This document shows, piece by piece, positions 1-12,600 of a DNA stretch of 64,000 nt. The translations under genes and the position numbers were made by a program. The notes under the pieces are model-generated. The model was not told where the DNA came from. It was given only the letters and a program-made list of their open reading frames with translations, and did not search any database. The stretch's first letter is position 1. Each line of letters begins with the position of its first letter. Origin of the DNA: Ylistrum balloti (Eukaryota); NCBI RefSeq assembly GCF_031769215.1, contig NW_026782013.1:310001-374000 (forward strand), given 5' to 3'.

Positions 1-1291
1 GTTTGATATCTTACATTAAACATTCATTTCTATTTACTAAAATACTCTGTAAACCCCTATACATAGGAAATTAAGTAGAAAGACGTATTTTTTCACGGGC
101 ATGAAAAGCAGTGCAATAATTCCTTAAAGAAGAAGTCGGTTATAGAATTATAAAATATGTAGTCAGTTCATAATACAAATCTCATCACTGTTTATTCAAT
201 AACAATTTGGGAAATGACAAAAAATTTCTTTGTACATTTCTATATATACTCGGCGAGATGAGGGCGGCCGAACAACTCGTTCTTGTAACGATTCCATTCT
301 TTGTTATCTTACAATAGCCATACTTCATTCCAATTTAAACACAGTACCCCAGTCGAGGCATAATGCTATATATATAACCATACCTTGACTGTGCCATATC
401 AAAATGTATACGTATATAGGATGTAGATATGAGATTAAACATACACATGTAAACGTGTAATATGACGGTATATGCTGTGTAAAGGACACTGCAATACTTT
501 TTGTCCATCAAGAATTGTACAACACTTCTTATGCTTCGAGTCTGATGTAACATAAAGCCTACAACAAAACAAATTATATTGTGAAGAAGAAATGGTATAT
601 CATTAACACAGGATGTACTACGTTAAAATGTAAATCAGCTTGCTACCTTACCTCAACAGATAGTAATAATAGTTGTATTATGAGTAATTGTGTCCAGAGG
701 GAGGGATGTTGGAGAGATCTACCCATCTCTTCTGTATTTACATGTCTCCGTCTTTCTGTTGTTATTGTAGTATCCTATCTTTCGTACCCGATTACATGGA
801 CTGTGTACGAACTTCGAGATAAAGAGCACGCTGATAGGACGATTAGTGACGTGATCAATCAAGCAAGAGGACAGTATATAGAAATAAAAAGCCTCTGTTA
901 CCTCACATGTCATCACTACAATCTTCGCCATTATATTTCAGTAAATCTATGTATATTAAAGTGTTTGTTCGCTCATAACCATCAAATGAAAAAGGAAAAT
1001 TAAGTGAGAAGAAATTGCCTAATAAGACCCTTATTTCGAGACGACATGATATCTTGTACTTTGAAAGACGTATCAAGTTGACATGTAATAGAGACTTGTT
1101 TTCATCATTATTTTAACGTCTTAGCAGTATAATCGGAAACTGTTGTTTACAATAGGATAAATAATGATGAAGGAAAATCCGGGTACACCATTTTTTCACC
1201 ATTAATAATCTTCCATTATTCATGTCGGCGATTTCATTTGAATCAAATGTTAAATTTCAAGGAAAGATTTTTGAATGATAAGTATAATTCC

Positions 1292-1525
1292 TGGGTGGCG
1301 CAGTGGTAAAGCACTCATTTTTCACTTAGCCGTCCGGGGTTCGATTTCCGGAACTGACGTGAAAAGGTAAGGGTCACCTGCCCGGCCACGTGGGTTTTCA
1401 CCGGGTACTCTGGTTTCCTCCCACAATAAGACCCATCGCGGGCTTACATCCTGACTAACAAGAGTGATTAATATAAGTTGAAATAATTTGTTCCACAATT
1501 GTTGTAAAAAAGACAAAGTTTATTT
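1292..1525 (+). mobile_element. tRNA-derived SINE with V/Meta-domain-like core
   Basis: Pol III A box TGGCGCAGTGG (~1296) and B box GGTTCGATTTC (~1338), then GTGGGTTTTCACCGGGTACTCTGGTTTCCTCCCACA, which resembles the conserved central core of V-type SINEs. AT-rich tail. Ends are approximate. Confidence 0.75.
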
Positions 1526-2675
1526 TCTACTAACTAAAGGAAGATGACATATTCTTTAAGACCACATAGATAGTACACTGAATGTCAACAAGACAGACCA
1601 TGTATTTGAAATTAAAAAAAAAACCTTTTAAACCAAAATTGTATCCGTTTACTCGATACCCGATTAAAATGTGTTTGTGTCGGTTAACAAAATATTGAGT
1701 GATATTATCTTTGACAACAATATTACTTATTCTTTTTGTGACGTTTTCGTAGGCTAGCTTGATAATCAAATCTACTCACTCATTTATCAATGTATTAAAA
1801 CACGAAAGATCATCAGATCATTCGTCCAAGTACGAGTCCTTCATTATATTGATTGGTGCCTCACATCCATTGGATTACGTAAATAAACGCAGAAGATCTC
1901 TATAAATCACATTTAATTGCCAGCTCCGCTAGTTATCTGTATTTTTAATCGTTTCCGCGTTTTAATGTGACTTCTCCCTATATATACATTACACTCGACA
2001 CAATCAATCTGAAGAAACAATCAACCCAACTGTACCCTTGTCTTCTCTGTTTTACTTTAGTTTCCATACGAACCTAAATTTATCAAAAAGTTTCCGACAA
2101 AAAAAAAAAGACTTTCCATTTTACATTTTACATCGTCATGAATAGAGAGCCTAAAGCAACTATAATGTTAAAAAAAACACTACTAGAAAACGATATAGAA
2201 CGTTCTAGTTTCAAATAATATGTTACTAAACTAAGACTTTATGTTAATTACTAAAAGTAAAAGTCACTGCAACCATTTTTTTGTTGATATCTAAAAAATA
2301 AAGAATGTCAACAATGCGGTCTTGATCTAATTCATACATTTCCGCTCCTAACCCTGATGCTGCGCATGCGTATAAGCCTAGACGCGTGAATATGTTAGGA
2401 ACAACACTACTAAAAGTGTTATCTGATAAATGTTGAATGAAAATAGTTGTGTTATTCGCTTGAATTTACAAGCGACAACGTGTATTTGTTGTTGACTGCA
2501 AGGTGGGGCCCAATTGCGGGTATTCGTTCTAAGTGTAAAAATATGACGGTACTGGTGTTACTGTGAGAATAACGACCGTGGTGATTAACATAGCCTTCAT
2601 AATAATCAGTGCAATATCTATTAATCTGTACAGAAAAATTCATGTGTATTTTTGCACAATGAGTTTTTTTCTTTT

Positions 2676-2764
2676 CCGATTGTGACACCCCCCCCCCCCT
2701 TCTCTCCTTTTCCGATTGTGACACCCCCCCCCCCCCTTCTCTCTCTCTCTCTCTCTCTCTCTCT
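2676..2764. repeat. Short duplication (TTCCGATTGTGACA + poly-C) followed by a (CT)n microsatellite
   Basis: Two adjacent copies of ttccgattgtgaca-C(n)-ttctctc, then a CT run, read directly. Confidence 0.8.
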
Positions 2765-3860
2765 TTGGGGCCCCACTAGTTTAGCGCCATAATTGACATA
2801 GATAATTCTCGCACGACAAAGCCAAAAACAAAACGAATTACTAAGATTGATTGTTAAAAATTATATATTATAACACTATAAATTCCTTTACCTCGTAATC
2901 CATTTTTCTTTGCGGCGGAAGTAAATGACTTCGTCACATGACAAGCCATGTAACCCACTCGGCTTTCTTCGTAATAAATCGAGCGTGAACATCTTTATAA
3001 ACAATAGTCAAGATAAACAACGTTCCGAAGCCGACAATATGTACAAAAACAACAAATTTGACGTTATAGGCGCGTGTATCGCTTTATTATGGATATATTT
3101 TACTATCCATAAACCGAATTCTCCATTTCCCAATGTTGAAATCTAAGGTAAAATAGCCATTTTAATAGATGTTTACACAACCTCAATGATATTTGTTCCA
3201 TTATTTACGATGTATTTCGTTGTTAATTTCCGGATCTCCTTTTGAGAACTTGACGGTATTTGAACCACCATGTACTTATTTTCCCCTTGATTTAACCATT
3301 GTTAGTAGGCATTTTTGTACTCCGCAGTGTTACATTTAAATGCTTTCTAGAAAATAAAGTAGCATTTTATTCAGAAAGAAATCGAGGGTCCTTCGTTGGT
3401 TACCGTAAAGTTACTTATGATGCTTACTTTTTTAAGTAGAAATGTTCATTTGAAAAGTTAAAGATTATTCTTACACCTAGAAGCTGAGAGGGTAACTTTA
3501 TTATTAAAAGTACAATGAAGTTTTCAAAGTAAAACATCGATGATGGTGTTGACGTGAGTTTAATAAATCAGGGAAGGTTAAAAACAAACGTTAAATGTGA
3601 AAACTTTCGCTATCCGTTTATGACGATGTAGTTCATGGTGTAAATTAGAATTCAGTCAATTAAATCAGTTTCTCAAATATATATATCTATTCAATCCTGA
3701 TATTGAATATAGTATCGGGGTTAGTGAATATTAAATGATTGAAATCTGTTAATGTTGTTCAATCTCGGTTTGGAGTCGGGGGGTCGTAAAATTTTGTTTC
3801 TATACTGTATATCATATATTTTGTATAAAAACGACTCTTATTCTTCCGATTTACAACATA

Positions 3861-5395
3861 TTAATCTCCATCAAGTAGATATACAACTCCATCAAGTAGA
3901 TATAAATTTCCATCAAGTAGATATAAATCTCCATCAAGTAGATATACAACTCCATCAAGTAGATATAAATCATTAGATATACACTCCATCAAGTAGATAT
4001 AAATCTCCATCAAGTAGATATACAACTCCATCAAGATATAAAGATATAGATATACAACTCCATCAAGTAGATATAAATCTTCATCACTCAGATATAAATC
4101 TCCATCAAGTAGATATACAACTCCATCAAGTAGATATAATCTCCATCAAGTAGATATTCATCAAGTAGATATAAATCTCCATCAAGTAGATAGTAGATAT
4201 AAATTTCCATCAAGTAGATATAACTCCATCAATAGATATAAATCTCCATCAAGTAGATATACAACTCCATCAAGTAGATATAAATCTTCATCACTCAGAT
4301 ATAAATCTACATCAAGTAGATATACAACTCCATCAAGTAGATATAAATCTTCATCACTCAGATATAAATCTCCATCAAGTAGATATAAATCTCCATCAAG
4401 TAGATATACAACTCCATCAAGTAGATATACAACTCCATCAAGTAGATATAAATCTCCATCAAGTAGATATACAACTCCATCAAGTAGATATAAATCTCCA
4501 TCAAGTAGATATACAACTCCATCAAGTAGATATAAATCTCCATCAAGTAGATATACAACTCCATCAAGTAGATATACAACTCCATCAAGTAGATATAAAT
4601 CTTCATCACTCAGATATAAATCTCCATCAAGTAGATATAAATCTCCATCAAGTAGATATAAATCTCCATCAAGTAGATATACAACTCCATCAAGTAGATA
4701 TACAACTCCATCAAGTAGATATACAACTCCATCAAGTAGATATAAATCTCCATCACTCAGATATAAATCTCCATCAAGTAGATATAAATCTCCATCAAGT
4801 AGATATAAATATACTCAGATATAAATCTCCATCAAGTAGATATAAATCTCCATCAAGTAGATATACAACTCCATCAAGTAGATATATCTTCATCACTCAG
4901 ATATAAATCTACATAGTAGATATACAACTCCATCAAGTAGATATAAATCTCCATCACTCAGATATAAATCTCCATCAAGTAGATATAAATCTCCATCAAG
5001 TAGATATAAATCTTCATCACTCAGATATAAATCTCCATCAAGTAGATATAAATCTCCATCAAGTAGATATACAACTCCATCAAGTAGATATAAATCTTCA
5101 TCACTCAGATATAAATCTCCATCAAGTAGATATACAACTCCATCAAGTAGATATAAATCTCCATCAAGTAGATATACAACTCCATCAAGTAGATATAAAT
5201 CTCCATCAAGTAGATATAAATCTCCATCAAGTAGATATAAATCTCCATCAAGTAGATATACAACTCCATCAAGTAGATATAAATCTTCATCAAGTAGATA
5301 TACAACTCCATCAAATAGATATAAATCTCCATGAAGTAGATATAAATCTTCATCAAGCAGATATGAATCTTCATCAAGTAGATATGAATCTCCAT
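3861..5395. repeat. 21-bp minisatellite (CTCCATCAAGTAGATATAAAT), roughly 70 copies
   Basis: Direct tandem repeat with recurring variants (...ATATACAA..., CTTCATCACTCAG...). It explains the MEIYIYL ORFs at 4358-4609 and 5105-5395. Confidence 0.95.
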
Positions 5396-6672
5396 GATAG
5401 GATGTTCAAGAACGATAATTGTTCCAAATCAAACACATTACACATTTCAACCATGTAAAAAGGATATCTGGTTTTGCACCTATATTTGTCAACAGAGTTA
5501 TTTCCCTTTACGTATGATTATATGACAACTCCTGCGTTAAGTCCTAACAAACATCTACGTATTACTTGATAATTCTAATTTCTCACTTCAGACATTTGCA
5601 AGATTGTACAAATGTCACAGAAGTAAATACGCCCTTTATTACACATTATACTGCATAATACAACAGTTTCGTCTTTCTATGGCTAGGCAGTGAAGCTAAT
5701 GGCCTTTATCTAGAAACCTAGGACGCTATTTAGTAAAAACCAAAAGGGGAGTACTGCTCCCATAATTTGATTAATATTGTAATTTTCATAAGAAAGTAAT
5801 ACTGAATGATCAACGTGGTATTCTTTTTATATAAGAAAATATAAGAAAAATATCTTGATTTCATTTTCATATCACGTAAAAGATTTTAAAAGTACCCCCT
5901 CCCCCACCCCCCACTCCCCTCTTGACTTCACATTAGGTCTTAGTATCACTAACGAACATTAGACAGACGACACACATGCATTTTGCAGTTTGATTAATTA
6001 TTTAATAATATGATTATAATGTAATTAACTGAACTATTCACTTGTGTGTCTTTTGCACAGGCTTTCACAATGAGGTTGTAGTTTTAGGATAAAAATCATA
6101 TTTGATATACAGTTAGCTGTTTATAATTTAGGAGTTCTCTGATGCTTTTAAAAACTTTTAATATATAAAAGATAAAGTTTACACAAAATATAAATACTAT
6201 TTTATTGATGGAAACCTTGCAACGGTTACATCCTCTAAAATAGATTCGCACGTTCATAGTCTTCTTACTATCATGTACACGTATTCAAGCATGCATTCTC
6301 ACAAACACATCCCTCTGGTAGGTTATTATGCACGTTTAATACATATATAAAGTCGATATGATATTTATCATACATTTTTGGCAGCTGTTTTGTCCAATTT
6401 GTATAAAAGAGCATATTTACATACGTTTCTTGATATAGAACCAGTTTGGACATACACATGCCGTTAAGAAACATCTATGCAATGATATTTCAAGAATATT
6501 AAAAGAGATCAAATATAATTGGAATCATTGTAACATTTCACTAACAAACCTATCATATTTAAGACCTTTCCTGGCAGAGCAGCACTGGTAATATATTTAA
6601 GCAGTATCTACTGTTGTTCTGTTCAGATCTAGTTTTCGGAATGTCGTTGGCTGTGGTGTTGTTTATAACTGC

Positions 6673-9600
6673 TCAGTAGGAGCTGAGATCATCATACGCT
6701 CGGTTATCATACGTTATTTTTTCGGCGTCATATACCGGTGCCAGAGTAATTCCATTGGATGTACACTCATCTATGTAGGCAGCTTTACCTTGTTTCGTTG
6801 TGTGCCTAGAAGACATAAAAAAATCACAACATAATTTCAGTAATTAACAACAAAATGGCGTAACTGTACTATGGTGTCAGTGCTCGTCCTCATTTTACCT
6901 CAACATATGTGTCGATCGATTGTAATTTATTTAACTCGTCTTCTAGCTTTCTAAACTTTAGACCCCTAAATTCACTAACGAGACCGAGAAAGACGAGACA
7001 GCTGTTTGGCGTGTAAAAACTACAAGAAACTACCAGTTGATATACAATGGATGTGGAAATTTCTTGTTATTTAGAGGCATGACGTCATCAAAATATTCAA
7101 ACATGAAGTTAAACACTTTAGCAAGGTCCTTGTGAATTGTTTTGATAACCTCTTCGATAAATTCAGCCTCGCACGACAAAAACAAAAAAGTCACCAAATA
7201 GAGGGTCACATATGTCTGTTGGAAGATCTTACCACCAAAATCGACGAAGATGTTGTCAACCAGATAATTTTTTTATGATTTTGTCCTCCATATATTTCAT
7301 CTTTGATTTGGACGTATTTTTCACCAAATACGTTACAGTATAGTTCACAGCCATATATTTGTACCTCCGTTCACCTTTCTTGGAAAAGAACGTTCTCCCA
7401 ACAAGAGAATTATTACGTTCTTTCAGTTTAGCATGGGGTATATTTTGATGTAGAATATTCATTGTTTTGTAAGTATACTGTATCTTATTCTGCAATGCGC
7501 TATAAGGTGGTATTTTCTTGTGTTACGATTTTTGATCAAAATCACTACCATGAATTCGATTACGTATAATACCTGGAAATCATGAGCTGTAATAGTTCTC
7601 GAAAATTGGGTATTGGCAAATGAAAAATTGTATACAGAACAGATGTTTATGTGGCATGTAACCACAAACTAAGTTCTTCACTGACACAGTAGTATATTAA
7701 CGGTAAGTCGGCAGATTTACAGTTTACTTCGCTCAAATCTTTTCACTGGGACTGGGACGGACGCAGCAACATAATTTATTGTCTTAATATCTACTTATCC
7801 ATTGTATGAACCTTTCAACGAATCCATGTTACAAGTGGATTTTGCCAGTTAAATGACTTATTCACTTGTGTGTCTTCTGTACAATCTTACCTGTCAACAC
7901 ATCGAAAACGCATCGACATTTTTTTTCTTTTCAAACAAATGATGTCGATATTCAACTGGAAAAGTTGTGTATTTTCTTTGTGTCTCTCTCTATATATAAA
8001 CAACGTATTGAAAGTTTGTAACGTTTTTCCTGTTTACAAATGATCTCTAGAGACGAGTTTCTTAAATTCTCGTACAGGTAAAATCGAACAGAGACAGCAA
8101 TTTTACTGCGCTATTTAAATCCATGACGTATCGTTGTTTTCATTGTTATGCCTTCTGAATGGGGCAGCCAATAAAAGCGCTCTATGATATATTCACTATA
8201 GACATATACGCACAACATTACATCGACGAAATAACTGGACAGCAGGCTGATTATATATTAAAATAACACACCTTTTCCTTATCAACACGACTGCAGTCGT
8301 GATGGCGAGGACCACCACAACTCCCGCAACTATTCCAATTACAAGAGCATGGTCAGCAGCCCAGTTCTGTAAGTATATATTCACTTGAAAAATAATATTT
8401 ACAGTTACATTTTCGTAGTTAAATTGACTGAATATCAGTCCAACTTCGATGTAAAATCTCACCGTGTGTGGTTAAACGTACTGTTGCATTATACATGAAA
8501 TTCGTATGAAAACGTTGTTAAGGAATACAAGGGAGATAACTCCAACATTATAAACATTACACAGTTACACGACAAACAATCTCTCTATAACATAATTACA
8601 TTATCACATCTGCACAATATAGAGAGACTTCAGTTCTTTTGAAAGCAATTTCCTCCCATAACAAGTTAACCCCAAGAAGATGTTAGACGTTGACAAACAT
8701 GCTCAAGTTACCGGAGAACACAGATTTAGGTAAAGCTGTTAATTTCTTTATACGCAGTACTTTAAATACTAAAACTATATTTCAACTTTAAAACAATTAA
8801 CTATGAATTCGAAATACTAAATATACAAAAACCATCGTCTAGATATATAAGTTAAGATAGAGATCTTTTCAGCGCGTTCGGTTGAGCATAAGCGTACTGA
8901 CCTCTCGTACACTCCATTATTGGATTATATTTTTGCCGTACTTACTATGTTACTGGTAGTTTGTGAATGTGGGTTCCCGTTTTTGACGTACTGTCGAAGT
9001 TGTAGAATAGACACTGTCTTTTGAAGGGCTGCTGCTAAAGCTGTTTTAGAGACATGTAGTCTTGAATTCGTGGAGCTGATGCCAATCGTCAAGTTTGTTA
9101 CCGTCTCACTGGAAATATGGAAACACTGAAATGACTCAAATGCTTTTACAATATTTATTCGTTTTAAGTTGCTCGGGGTCTTGAATTATTTTTGTCATTT
9201 ACACACAATTATCATACGATACACTGTTCGGTTTCGTGATTTTTCTCGATGAAACGACGATTTTTCTTGATCTTTTGCACTTGTATTCAATTCGTAACAT
9301 TGCATGTATTCAAAATTGCATATTCATTATCGTTGAATGTGACCTCGGTAAGGGACAAAGCTTTATGTCGCCTCTGCTACATAATCTTATTGTGCTGATG
9401 CATAGTAACAAATATGCACCATAATTAATTTGTACTTAATCTATAAAAACAAGAAAGGCTAAGAAAAAGTAGTGGTGTTTTTTCCTAAAATGGAAACAGA
9501 TATGTATTATGTTAAAGCAGTTCAACAATACATAACATGACTGGGATAGCATCAATAACTCATTCGTGTGTTGTGAATTAATATATTCTTTCAAAATAAT

Positions 9601-12600
9601 GATAATGATACAAACAATCAATAGGATTAAACAGCAGGCTAAAGCCTAAATAAACTAAAACATATTTGCTTTAACAAATAAACATCTTGAATTGTCAGCG
9701 ATGTAGCTGGTAAGGATTTAAATTATTCTGCATGCAAGTCAATAGCCTAATGTTGTTAGCAAATGTTTGATGTTGCGTGCCAATAAATGTAATTTATTGA
9801 ATTTGAAAATTTGAGTGTCGGGGACAACAAAGACATACACCCCTAAAAATTGTTAACATGGTTATCAGCAACAACCACATCGTATTAAACTCATGTTTAA
9901 AAACGGAAAGATTTAGATTGAAACCATTTAAATAAAAAAGCAGTACAAGACCAAGAGTTCAAAAATGGTAAACATTTTTTCTGCTTTATCAACAACAATG
10001 TAACGTTCTCAAAATAAGAGCAAGGTTGCTAACACCGACATCGTAACATATCACACTTCTACCTTCATACTGTACAAGGAAATCACAATGAAGTCATTAT
10101 GGCGACCATAAAACTTTTCCATTGCCCATATCAATACAATTTGTCAAAAGTTTGTTGAGTTTCCCGTCAACTCTCGACATCTATCACGGAAATACATACA
10201 AGGATCACAAGCCTAAATATATATTAGTACTGTGACAAGATAAGAGTATTGAAAGAGAGGTAAGTATACACTGTAGCGTCATGCAGGTTGTAAATGTTAA
10301 GTGTTACATGTAAGTCAATTTTGTGTGTTGAATGTAAGCAACTTCCAACTCTAAATAGAAAATTTATTAATCTTTCAATGAAAAGATTTTTTCTGAAATA
10401 ACTTGTATAATAGGTTGCATCGCGTTTAAATTCGAGGCGTCAACACCTTTCTCGTGTTATTTTTTCAAAACAGACAAAAGTAGAAATCAGTATACAACAC
10501 TTATGTTAACTTCATGTATAATAGCACGTCCAGTAGGTAAAGATTGAGCATACCCGCCAACAACTTGGATTATTTGTGTTGAAACGTCCAACGAGGAAGC
10601 ATTTGACGATTCCAGGAGTTGTAGAACGTGATCCTTCATTGTGATCAGTTGGCCCGATATGTCACCTAGCAGTTGGACACTGACTATGGTATTGGATACC
10701 GTCACTTCTGGAACATTACACCATTTAGACAAACTTATTTTAAAGAATAGATTCAGAAACATTTACGTCAAACGAACACTTCTAACTATTTGTGAATGTA
10801 TCCCATGATTTGTTCAACATTATACTGAAGGCAGGACCTTCGTTAAGGTAACATGTATAAATCAGGATTTTGTAATAACTTTCCATAACATCGTTAAAAT
10901 AATAGCAGCAATATATCGTACGTGTATGCCTAGAACGGCAGAGGTCCTGGGTTCGATTCCTGGCGGGAAGCAAATATCCTCTGTTAAACATTAAGGACTC
11001 GGCAACAATGCCTAACGTTACTTTCACAAGCATCTCTAGAACCTCTAAAAACTCGATGCATTGTTCTTTCCTGAAAGGCGAGAATGTAACTAAATACTGG
11101 CTGCTACAGTAAACTCCTCTTCAGCACGATCGGTTACGCTTAACACCAGCCATACAGAGGTTCAGTTTTGTGACCATGTGGATGCATTAGAATAAAGAAC
11201 GACCTGTGCTTCAGAGGCAGTTGACGATAAAACAGAATGCAAGAAGGCAAAGATGAAGTCGACTGGTCCATGACAATTTTTCTTGTTTCTACCGTATACA
11301 CAGAAATTTCCAAAACAGTGATGCTAAGGGCCCAGATTTTGGAAGCCAAGGAGACAATTGAGGAAAATTCAAAATGATCGAAAGAAAAGCGAAAATCTAG
11401 TTGGGGAGATGCACTACCCTAATATTTCGATAGATTTCGTAATTTTCACACATGACAGATTCTATTTATGAATTAACCGGAAAAAAGAATAACTAACCTG
11501 TTTTGCTTGGAGGAGTTGGAGTAGATGTACTCATTGCTTCTGTAGAAACTGGTTCAACCGATATGGGTATAGGTTCAGATGATGTCAGCATTGACTCGGA
11601 AGGCGAAAATGGTGTTGTAGAAGGCACAAATATTGGTGTGAATGGAGAAATTTCTGCATACGGCGTAGAAACTATTTCTGACGATACTGACTTTATTTCA
11701 GATGTCGTTGACATCAATACCGCCGATGGAGATAGTGCTTCTGAAGATGAAGGTATTTTGTCAGCTAACGTAGAGATTACATCAGTGGTTTCAGGTGACA
11801 TAGGCAGTAGAGTGGCTGTTCCACACTTTCCATCATGACAGGGATCATGATTAATATCGTTGATACCGGTATCGCACAGTTTTCCTTTGTAACCTGCATT
11901 ACAATCACAACTAAATCCACTTACTTGATCCGTACAGTTTCCATGTTGACAGGGGTTAGGTTTACAGTCGTCTATGTTTGATGAACAGTTGTGTCCTGTG
12001 TAACCGAGTGTACACTTACATTGGTAGCCATTCACGAGGTCGGTACAGGTTCCATGTTGACAGGGGTTAGGATCACAGTCGTCTATGTTTGATGAACAGT
12101 TGTGTCCTGTGTAACCGAGTGTACACTTACATTGGTAGCCATTCACGAGGTCGGTACAGGTTCCATGTTGACAGTGGGTTAGGTTCCATGTCACAGGATT
12201 CGTCTATGTTTGATGAACAGTTGTGTCCAGTGTAACCTGCTGTACATGTACATTGGTAGCCATTCACGAGGTCGGTACAGGTTCCATGTTGACAGGGGTT
12301 AGGATCACAGTCGTCTATGTTTGATGAACAGTTGTGTCCTGTGTAACCGACTGTACACTTACATTGGTAGTCATTCACGAGGTCGGTACAGGTTCCATGT
12401 TGACAGGGGTTAGGATCACAGTCGTCTATGTTTGATGAACAGTTGTGTCCTGTGTAACCGACTGTACACTTACATTGGTAGCCATTCACGAGGTCGGTAC
12501 AGGTTCCATGTTGACAGGGGTTACAGAGGGGTTCACAGTCGTCTATGTTTGATGAACAGTTGTGTCCTGTGTAACCGAGTGTACACTTACATTGGTAGCC

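Noticed and set aside
3752-5395. ORFs with HQVDI / MEIYIYL repeats
   Set aside because: They are translations of the 21-bp minisatellite, with no unique flanks or splice context.
5894-5920. C-rich tract, a potential G-quadruplex on the minus strand downstream of the DSL stop
   Set aside because: A short low-complexity run with no supporting context.
10905-10975. tRNA-like sequence with B box GGTTCGATTCC
   Set aside because: No convincing acceptor stem or A box. It is probably a decayed SINE head rather than a tRNA gene.
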